Position numbers and translations under genes: made by a program. Positions 26,227 to 34,154 of a stretch of 42,107 nucleotides of DNA are shown piece after piece; within the stretch, counting starts at the first letter, position 1; each line of letters begins with the position of its first letter. The notes below the pieces were generated by a model, which searched no databases, was not told the DNA's origin, and was given only the letters and a program-made list of their open reading frames with translations. Source of the DNA: Bdellovibrionota bacterium (lineage in GTDB: Bacteria; Bdellovibrionota_C; UBA2361; JBGSMV01); contig JBIKWF010000029.1 in the NCBI GenBank assembly GCA_044356455.1, positions 1 to 42,107 on the forward strand, given 5' to 3'.

Positions 26227-29200
26227 CTACGGGAGTGGATTGGCGAAGAGGCTTCCCAGCTCACCATCACGAAGAAGTATCGCCAAAACGGCAGCTTGGC
26301 GCTTGTCGAACTCAACGTTATGCGTCCACCCGCCCCACCCTTCGAGCGTGTGCGCGTATTCATGGACTAGTGTCTCAAGTACGCACTCCATGTCGAGACC
26401 GGCTTGCTCTCCGTCTTCACTTGCTCCTTTTAAGAAATGACCGATGCGTCCCACATTCCATGCGATACTCCCTCCTGGCCACCGAGATGCATGCGCAAGT
26501 GTCTGCCTATCACTCCAATAGAAATGGCAGGGAGTCGCCCTTTCTGCTCCCCAGAAATGTGCATCGAGTAATTCTAAGACCCTACTCGAAACGCGCTCGA
26601 GCGCCGCGATACTCGTAAAGTATTTTTTTAGCGTCTCCTCAAGAGGTGGGTGGGCGATACTCGGCAGCTCCTCAAAGCAGACGTCTTGAGACGTGAATTC
26701 TCCCGCTCGAGCCAAGCTGCTAAAGCCTCCCCCGCTACCACCATGGCGCATTTCTTGCTCCTCGATAAGCCGAGCTATCACTCTTGGAATGAGGCGCCGC
26801 TCTTCGCTTGAGGAAAAGGGAAACTCAGCACTTTGATAGCGTGCCTTGAGCTGCTCAAGGGAAAGGCACTCATTCTGAATACGCACGAACGGAAGACTCA
26901 CCAGCAGCTGAATCAACTTTTCAGTATCCTGATAATACGTAACATCCTGTGGACCCTCGCCGGCGCCAAGCGCTTCGACGTCTTGCTTTACCCGCTCGTC
27001 AACGGCGTAGTGGTGCTTCTTAATAAAGTAGTCGTACGGCAATGAGGGAAAGGGGAAATCACTGGTTTCCCCCGCGCTCAGTCGCTGGGAAAGCCCTTCG
27101 AGGTATGCTCCGGTGAGCGCGCGCCGCACGGCCGGCTCAACCATCGGCTTGATACGCTCATAGGAAGCAATGTCACGCCGTGAACGCGTGAGTTCAATGC
27201 TTGGCGGCAAATCCACTACAATGCCTCCCCATTTTTTTAGCGCAGCATGCATAAAGGAAGGCAGACCAAAATCGGGGAGCACCTTCAAAAACAATCCGTT
27301 ATGGGTCAACGCACCGTTTTGATTTCGATACACTTGGACCTCTCCAAGATCTCCCGCTTCTTCAGTCCAGAGTTTGGGATTGGGGTGATTGCAGCTGTCG
27401 CCCTGAAGTCTAATTACTGCCTTTGTGGCGTCTAATCCTCCCACAAGATTCAGGAACGAGGCACGAATATGGGCCGCTTCTACGCGCGGAATTGTGCTTT
27501 CCTGCTCCCGCACAATCACGGTTCCGCGAAATGACTCGGCGGTTTGAGCCAAAGTAATTTTCAGGTCAACAACGAGAGCATCCTCGATAACAGGCTCGAT
27601 GCGCAGGTACCATGTCTTCCCCGAGCCGTCTCCGGTTTTTACAAGCACTTCCTTTGCGCCAAGGAATAACGTGTAAAGTCCCTGTCCATAGAAACCAATA
27701 AAACCGCCCCCCACCTTCGAAGAGTCCCCTGGAATAAGAAAATAGTTGAGTAACTCCCTTACATTCATCCCCACAGGGTCCTGGAATTCAAAGAACAAAC
27801 TCCCCGGCTCATGCACGAAGACCTTTGCATCTATCACTCGTTCGCTGTCCGGCATGCCCGCAGACTTAAGCGCGTCGACACTATTTTGCACGAGCTCACG
27901 AATATAGAGGTCAGGGGCATCAAGAGTCTGAAAGTGAATAGCATGAGTAATTTCCCTTTGAACGTAGCTCGTATTGCTCCCTTCAACGCCTGCGTGCACA
28001 AACTGGGAAAGCTCCTCGGGACTCCCATCAAAGGAGCGAGCAACTCCCTCGCGCAGTCGCTTCCATTGAACAATCTCTGAGAGCCGGAGCGGCACACCCT
28101 CCCCTTCCGGGAACGTAATGGGAGACTGACCATCATAGGCAAGTTCGTCCCCACTTCGAGTGAGATAGAGAACCAGTGCTCGCAACTCGCGGGGAACCTC
28201 TTGCTCGGGAACCTGAGTCGCATGCCTAATTATGGTTGCGTACGTAGCCTGCACACCATTGGTGAGCTGAGCGACTCTCTCGGTGAGGCTACTCGCCCAT
28301 CCAGAACTCTGCTCAAACGAAACATCTGCCATCTTCTCGAGATAAAAATCGACGATTTTGTTTCCAACCGCAGCGCGCCTCTTCTCATCACTGGGGAGGG
28401 CCTCATTAAGGACTCGTAAGAGGTGCATTTGCCGAGCGGGGTCGAGGTGCTGAAAGCGAGCGAGGACCGCCGTCATATCTCGTTCTCTTAACGAAGGGTG
28501 AACGTAAGGAAATTCGTAAAAAGCCTGAAGAAGTGCCTTGAAGTGGGAAGTTGGCAGTACGCTATTCTCGAGCGATCGCACCAGCAGGCGCTCAAGAAGT
28601 TCGCGATCAAGTCTGGGCCGACTTCGAAGGAATTCACCAATGTCCCTCGCCTGGTCCTTTGAAAGAGGATGTTCTAACCACTTTGCCGAATCCACCCAGG
28701 ATTTTTCCTCATAGACCAGAGCTCCGCCGTAGTCCCTTGAAGCTTCAAGGATCGGGGGCCTGGTACTCTTTACCCGCTTCTCAAGCAGCCGCTCGTCTCC
28801 TGCTTTCTCATACCTCGTAAGCTTCTGAAGCTCTCTTGGGAGTCTTGACGCCAAATATCTCCTCGTGTTCCTCAAGCTTGCGGATGAGGAAGCAAGCTCT
28901 GCATTATTAACCAAATCGACATCGCCTTGATCGGCCACTTCCTGAAAATCTTTAAACTGCCCCTGTCGATCAAATCGTGCCAAGCCTATTTTGTGGTCCG
29001 CACTTTGAGCCCACGCAATCCATCCGTCACCCTGAGAGTCAGGAATGAACTCGCCCACCACATCTACACCAAGCATTTGGAAGTTTAGAAGTTGTTCCTT
29101 CACAAGTGCCGCCGCACGTTCATCGTCGCGTATGCTTCGTGTTCCGACTTCTAGATGCATGCTCTTCCCACAGCACGAACAGGAACTCATGCTGACGTAA

Positions 29201-32124
29201 CGCGCACGAAGGGCTAGGGGAGTTCGCTCGTCTGTCGTATCAAATCGAACCTCTGTTCCATTGGCAGTAACGTAACCCACCAAGATAAGGTGTCGGTGGG
29301 CCCCGAGGACCCAGGAATATATGCCGATGATGGGGGTCTTCCCCTCCACGGCACCTTCCACATTGAAGGGAAAACAGCGCGCGAGGTGAGTTCGCTCTAA
29401 CTCTGGGACATTAGTTTTATTAGAGCACAGGACAGCAGGCGGCCACTGGTTCGGGCGATACCGCCAAACGACTTCACCTTGGATACTTACTACCTGGTAG
29501 GATTCGGAGGCATCCCCCTCCGAATCGTTCAATGAATAGCGCTTACGAGCTGAATGCTGAAGCGCAAGAACCTGCCCTGAAATCGTTCGGACGAGATTAC
29601 AAGTCTGAACCCCCTCCCCAGAAGGAGCCTCCCGCCCGTCAATGAGCACACGGCCTCCCTCCAGCTTTATCTCCTGACCCTTGGCATCATGAAAGGGGCC
29701 TCGAATAGGCAACGCATCGCCAAAGGCAACCTCCGAGTAACGTTGACCTTCGCGAGAAGGGCGAGAAAACTCACTCGCCTCAAACCCGAATCTCAGGGTT
29801 CCCCAAGGGGCAAGATCGGGCAGTTTAAGTTCAGCGCCACCTTCCGAAACAAGCCTCCCGTCGCGATATATTGTGCACCCGTTACCTCGAAAAAGTACGT
29901 ATCCGTCGTGCGAGATCTCCACAGTCGTGCCGTCTTCTCGAATGAACCTTTTGTTATCGTTGCGCTCGTGGAGATAATAGAGGTCTCCTCCCACTCGCAC
30001 AGGCTCAAGCTCGCTATAGCTGATGGCTCGCAAATGGGCGGGAAGATGAGCGCCCCTTCTCTCGAAACTTGAAAAAATTGCTGGCCTTAGAACTTCAAAC
30101 GTACGCCACAAATCTGAATCGGCGCTGAAGGCGTCAATGGTGGCACTCAGAACTTTAATTGCCGGCAATCTTTGTGGCGGCTCGCAGTCCAAGATTATTT
30201 TTCGCAAAATGCTCCAGCCCTCGAAGCATGCGCCGATAGGAAGGCGAGCTAATACCGCCGTGGTAAAAAGATTGACTGAATTTCGGTCTATCCGACAGAG
30301 CGTTTCGAGCTCCCTCTCGGCAAGTGCGATACTGGAAAACCCAAATTCTGCGAATCGCACGCGTATAAGTTCATGCGGATCGGTGATGGTGCGCGCCTCT
30401 GCGACGCTCGTGGGGGCCGCCCCTCCTGAATACAGAAACGCTCCGTGATCTCCTTGCGAGAGTCTCATGAGCTGCGCGATCTGCGGCTCTCGGCCTGCGA
30501 TTTCGATGCGCTCGTCGAGGATGGTCCAACCCCTTGAGCAAATGAGCGCTGTTTTAGCCCCCTCTCGAAACTGCGCCCGCACGAGGGACTCCCCAACCGA
30601 ACTTCGGTAGCTTTCCACTTCTGTTAATCCAGAGATAAGCCGCAAATCCATTTGCAGAAGCTCTGGGTTTAGAAATGCCCTTGGGCCCCTGCCCTGCTGC
30701 AGATCGAAGAACTCCTCCTGATTCGGAAGCAACTCGAATCCACGATATGCCCGCGCAGCACTTGCCCTCATATAAGTTACAAGGTTGTCCTCGGCATTCG
30801 AAAGAGTTGAGCGGCCCTGGAGCTTCTGGCAGAGGATGAAGAGCGAATTGAAAAGTGCGTCCCGCTCTAACGAGGGAGCCCTTTCGCTTGCCTTGTCGAT
30901 AAGAGAGCGCATGGCTTTAATCGTTTGTGCATCAACCGCGACCGCATCACGCTGCTCTGCGAGAACGGTAGAGGGGGGAAGATCCACCACCAGAGTCGTC
31001 AATCCTACACACGAGCTGCAACGAATACGCTCGATCACTATTCCACCAACCATCAGCACAAGTGTAAGGGGCTGAGTCACGCGAAGGTCGCCAGCTTCCC
31101 AGAGGGCTTCGCACGACGACGCTTCCACGCTCCTTAACTCGCGCAGTGATGGCTTCCCGCTCACCTTAGGCACAAGAAGCCGCTCAAACACTGACTGGGC
31201 CGACATCCCGGTGCCGGCATCTTCTACGCGGAGTAACCCATCTTGCAGCGTCAGTTGGACGCGAGGAAGTTCACCAGAAGTTCCATTCCCAGTAGCGCCT
31301 GTGGGGCGCCAAGGAGTACGCCTGGCACCATTCACTACAAGCTGCGCATCCTGATTGTAGGCGAGCGCCTCTCCTAGCAATGAAGTGGCATCACGCTCCG
31401 AGAAGTGCTTGGCCCTTAGCTCAACAGTCGTTCCATGCGCGCGAAAGTTCTGGTCCTGCGTGATTTTACACTCGAGGATACCTGCGCGCATTCTGAACTC
31501 GATAGCGGTGGCCTCTTGGTCTTCAAGCGTTCGTGTCGTCACGAGTACGCGGTCACCTTCGGCCTGAAGATGATTTAGAATCTGATAGAACCCCACGCCG
31601 AAGCGCCCAATGGGAGTCCTACCCGTGCTAGAGGCGTCAATTGCATTACTAACGAGCTCTACTACCGCCCGGTAGAATAGTGAGGATTGGTGCCGGATAT
31701 CTGTTTCAATACGGGCGGGATACACGTCATGTTCATGCTCAAGTAAACGTTCTATCGCCGAGAAATCGATTCCGGCTCGAACCTGGTGCACGAAGGCATC
31801 GCGTCTCGCCTCTGCCCGCTCCGTACTCATTAGAGTGCGAGCATAAGCAACGACCGCTCTTACGTCGCACCAGGTTTCAAGTTCCAATCGACGCCGGAGG
31901 TGAGCCCAGGTTAGATTCTCCTCTCTCAAAGGCTTTAATGCTTCCCGCAAATGCGCAACTACCTCGTCCTTTTCGGATGGCGGAAGCGTGCGAAACTGCT
32001 CTCTGCTAAGCCCATCTCGCTCCAGCAAGGCTTCTACAAAAGCAGCTCCATTGCTGCGAAACTCAAGGCTCTTACTGCGAGCGACGCGACTATGAGTTCT
32101 GGGAAGCACCTTTGATCCTGACAT
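26227..32124 (-). CDS. Giant protein with two GHKL (Hsp90/MORC-like) ATPase domains and a C-terminal HExxH zincin-like domain
   Basis: ELVSNAIDA/IGRFGVGF/GTTV/EDAGTGM (about aa 156-307); IRELVQNSVDA/DPVGM/IGFYGQG/GTVI (about 27510-27910); LVHEYAH...THNVEF near the C-terminus; GGAGG RBS. Confidence 0.85.
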   Translation of the reverse strand: MSGSKVLPRTHSRVARSKSLEFRSNGAAFVEALLERDGLSREQFRTLPPSEKDEVVAHLREALKPLREENLTWAHLRRRLELETWCDVRAVVAYARTLMSTERAEARRDAFVHQVRAGIDFSAIERLLEHEHDVYPARIETDIRHQSSLFYRAVVELVSNAIDASSTGRTPIGRFGVGFYQILNHLQAEGDRVLVTTRTLEDQEATAIEFRMRAGILECKITQDQNFRAHGTTVELRAKHFSERDATSLLGEALAYNQDAQLVVNGARRTPWRPTGATGNGTSGELPRVQLTLQDGLLRVEDAGTGMSAQSVFERLLVPKVSGKPSLRELRSVEASSCEALWEAGDLRVTQPLTLVLMVGGIVIERIRCSSCVGLTTLVVDLPPSTVLAEQRDAVAVDAQTIKAMRSLIDKASERAPSLERDALFNSLFILCQKLQGRSTLSNAEDNLVTYMRASAARAYRGFELLPNQEEFFDLQQGRGPRAFLNPELLQMDLRLISGLTEVESYRSSVGESLVRAQFREGAKTALICSRGWTILDERIEIAGREPQIAQLMRLSQGDHGAFLYSGGAAPTSVAEARTITDPHELIRVRFAEFGFSSIALAERELETLCRIDRNSVNLFTTAVLARLPIGACFEGWSILRKIILDCEPPQRLPAIKVLSATIDAFSADSDLWRTFEVLRPAIFSSFERRGAHLPAHLRAISYSELEPVRVGGDLYYLHERNDNKRFIREDGTTVEISHDGYVLFRGNGCTIYRDGRLVSEGGAELKLPDLAPWGTLRFGFEASEFSRPSREGQRYSEVAFGDALPIRGPFHDAKGQEIKLEGGRVLIDGREAPSGEGVQTCNLVRTISGQVLALQHSARKRYSLNDSEGDASESYQVVSIQGEVVWRYRPNQWPPAVLCSNKTNVPELERTHLARCFPFNVEGAVEGKTPIIGIYSWVLGAHRHLILVGYVTANGTEVRFDTTDERTPLALRARYVSMSSCSCCGKSMHLEVGTRSIRDDERAAALVKEQLLNFQMLGVDVVGEFIPDSQGDGWIAWAQSADHKIGLARFDRQGQFKDFQEVADQGDVDLVNNAELASSSASLRNTRRYLASRLPRELQKLTRYEKAGDERLLEKRVKSTRPPILEASRDYGGALVYEEKSWVDSAKWLEHPLSKDQARDIGEFLRSRPRLDRELLERLLVRSLENSVLPTSHFKALLQAFYEFPYVHPSLRERDMTAVLARFQHLDPARQMHLLRVLNEALPSDEKRRAAVGNKIVDFYLEKMADVSFEQSSGWASSLTERVAQLTNGVQATYATIIRHATQVPEQEVPRELRALVLYLTRSGDELAYDGQSPITFPEGEGVPLRLSEIVQWKRLREGVARSFDGSPEELSQFVHAGVEGSNTSYVQREITHAIHFQTLDAPDLYIRELVQNSVDALKSAGMPDSERVIDAKVFVHEPGSLFFEFQDPVGMNVRELLNYFLIPGDSSKVGGGFIGFYGQGLYTLFLGAKEVLVKTGDGSGKTWYLRIEPVIEDALVVDLKITLAQTAESFRGTVIVREQESTIPRVEAAHIRASFLNLVGGLDATKAVIRLQGDSCNHPNPKLWTEEAGDLGEVQVYRNQNGALTHNGLFLKVLPDFGLPSFMHAALKKWGGIVVDLPPSIELTRSRRDIASYERIKPMVEPAVRRALTGAYLEGLSQRLSAGETSDFPFPSLPYDYFIKKHHYAVDERVKQDVEALGAGEGPQDVTYYQDTEKLIQLLVSLPFVRIQNECLSLEQLKARYQSAEFPFSSSEERRLIPRVIARLIEEQEMRHGGSGGGFSSLARAGEFTSQDVCFEELPSIAHPPLEETLKKYFTSIAALERVSSRVLELLDAHFWGAERATPCHFYWSDRQTLAHASRWPGGSIAWNVGRIGHFLKGASEDGEQAGLDMECVLETLVHEYAHTLEGWGGWTHNVEFDKRQAAVLAILLRDGELGSLFANPLP

Positions 32125-32157
32125 TCACCCCTCCAACAACTAGAAGTGCTGACATCT

Positions 32158-32655
32158 CTATTGGCCTGATTCCTTAACGGCGCGCTGAAACGCGTCAGTT
32201 GCCCGAACGTGATCGCCCCTTCCGAAGTCTCCCGACTCTCGGCTTACCAACAAACTCCCATCGCGAAGCACGTCTACGTATCCGCCACCTGGACAGACAG
32301 CACGCTCCCCAGAGGCAGCGCACACGCGTGCTAGAATCTCACGGTGGTACTCGGTCCAACGCATTGGAGCCGCGACGATATAAGTGTGTGTGGGGGTTTT
32401 CGCGAAAATGTACTTGTGATCGTCCTGTCCTGAGGCGTCATGGATGAACACCACGGTCTCGCCGGCGCGATAGCTGCTATACACCTGAAAGCGGCCGATT
32501 GAAGACACGCGTTCACCCTGGAGCGCAGCAACAAAAGCCCTCTCCATTGAGGACTGAGCCATACCTGCCCCTCCAAGCAGTCGCGGGAGAGAGCTCAGTG
32601 CGTCATCGGGAGTAATAGTCTTAGTGGTTGGTGTACCTAACGCTGCGGCGATCAT
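32158..32655 (-). CDS. Janus/Ocnus (PHPT1)-like phosphohistidine phosphatase homolog
   Basis: HKYIF...WTEYHREIL...CPGGGYV...SRESGDFGRGDH is colinear with PHPT1 FKYVL...WAEYHADIY...CLGGGRI...YGYSMAYGPAQH (reference recalled from memory); AAGGAG RBS. Confidence 0.72.
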   Translation of the reverse strand: MIAAALGTPTTKTITPDDALSSLPRLLGGAGMAQSSMERAFVAALQGERVSSIGRFQVYSSYRAGETVVFIHDASGQDDHKYIFAKTPTHTYIVAAPMRWTEYHREILARVCAASGERAVCPGGGYVDVLRDGSLLVSRESGDFGRGDHVRATDAFQRAVKESGQ

Positions 32656-32739
32656 AAAGCACTCCTTCTTTTAGATAGTTTGATAAGAGCCGCGACTGTC
32701 TCGCTAGCGACTCATCAACGTTGCTCTATTCGAAGTTGT

Positions 32740-32861
32740 GCCAATATTACTCTAATGTGTAACATAATATTTCTATATATCTGTAACTATTGATTATTTG
32801 CACCCTTGCGTCCGCTACAGTTTCGCTCTAAAATTGATATACTGTTCGACTATGATTTTAA
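32740..32861. promoter_or_regulatory. AT-rich divergent promoter region
   Basis: Markedly AT-rich stretch between the divergent PHPT1-like and tandem-MarR genes. Confidence 0.45.
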
Positions 32862-34154
32862 ATGTCAGATAGCCGCCAAACTCTCATCGCAATCCTCCGA
32901 ACACAGCTCATTAGTGTTCAGCAACAGAATCGTTTCATCGCTCGTGCATACGAAACTTCGCTCTCGCTGTCCGAGTCGCACGTGCTTGTGGAATTGGATG
33001 CCGCGCCGTCGGCGAGTCCCGCAGATCTTTCACGTGCCCTAGGAATCAGCAGAACCGCGGTGTCACGAATTGTCTCCGGGCTTACACGCAAGATGCTGGT
33101 CAAAGTAAACACGAGGGCCGAGGACCGACGAAGCGTCAGTCTCTCGATAACAAGCGCAGGGAAACGCATACTTGCTACGATGGATAAGAATGCGAACACC
33201 CTAATGGAAGGCCTTGCCGCGCGCCTATCGGACTCCGAGGGGCGGCGATTCTGCGCACTCTTTGAGAGGATGAATGACGGGTACCACGCTCCGCCCGCAG
33301 CGGCACGTCCGCACGATCATCCTCTATTGCAACAGGGACGCAGGCAGACTCGCGGCATGAAGTTCCTCGGGAAGGACGCGTTCGGAGCGGGGACACTCTC
33401 GGTTTTCGATTGGCACATTTTGCTTAAACTCAGCCATTCCTCGGGAGGTCTTAACCCATCGGAACTTGCTCGTTTTTTCACCGCTCCAACTAATACGATG
33501 TCTTCCGCCTTGCTTCGGCTCGAGCGACAGAAGCTTATTAAGCGACAAAAAGTGATGACGGATGGTCGACTCTCACTGGTGACTCTCGCCGACGCAGGAT
33601 TTGAAGCACTCCAGCACATCGAAGACGTGGTAACAAAACTCCTTACGGAGTCCCTTTCAGACTTTAGCAATGAGGAGCTTGCTGATTTTGTGGCACTCTT
33701 CGTGCGCTTTGCGGGAAGCGCGGCCGAGTCTGAAGTCGTCCTACAACCAAGGCTTACGATGCGAACTCTCGAGGACGAAGAAGAGCGTCTCGATGCGCGC
33801 GCATTTCTTGTCGAGCAGCTCGTTCGCACCGGTCATGCTCGGTCCGTACGAGAGCGGGTTATTGCGAAAGATTCCTTCACGTGGACGCTAATGGCAGATG
33901 GTGAAGTCAAGGGTGTTTGTGAGTTCGGAGAGATTGGAGCTAAGGCATATCTACTTCATTTTACTCTCTCTCAACCTCTTCAAAACTCCACGGCAGAAGA
34001 AACTTTTCTAAGGGCGGGGCTTGCACGATTTCTTGACAAGAGCAGCGCGCGAGAAGTGGTGGTAAGCGATATTCATATGGATAGTACGCTATTGACGCGT
34101 CTTAAGGCAGAGACCAGAAACGGCGAAACAATCTTAAGCCGCATTGCAATCTAA
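32862..34154 (+). CDS. Tandem MarR-MarR regulator with a C-terminal GNAT-like domain
   Basis: LSLSESHVLVEL...AVSRIVSGL...EDRRSVSLSITSAGK and LSVFDWHILLKL...DGRLSLVTLADAG; C-terminal ADGEVKGVCEF...LLHFTLSQPLQ. Confidence 0.8.
   Translation: MSDSRQTLIAILRTQLISVQQQNRFIARAYETSLSLSESHVLVELDAAPSASPADLSRALGISRTAVSRIVSGLTRKMLVKVNTRAEDRRSVSLSITSAGKRILATMDKNANTLMEGLAARLSDSEGRRFCALFERMNDGYHAPPAAARPHDHPLLQQGRRQTRGMKFLGKDAFGAGTLSVFDWHILLKLSHSSGGLNPSELARFFTAPTNTMSSALLRLERQKLIKRQKVMTDGRLSLVTLADAGFEALQHIEDVVTKLLTESLSDFSNEELADFVALFVRFAGSAAESEVVLQPRLTMRTLEDEEERLDARAFLVEQLVRTGHARSVRERVIAKDSFTWTLMADGEVKGVCEFGEIGAKAYLLHFTLSQPLQNSTAEETFLRAGLARFLDKSSAREVVVSDIHMDSTLLTRLKAETRNGETILSRIAI

Noticed and set aside
26007..26618. 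ORFs 26007-26363, 26067-26618 and 26089-26370
   Set aside because: They overlap the 3' end of the GHKL gene, have no recognisable motifs, and show atypical composition.
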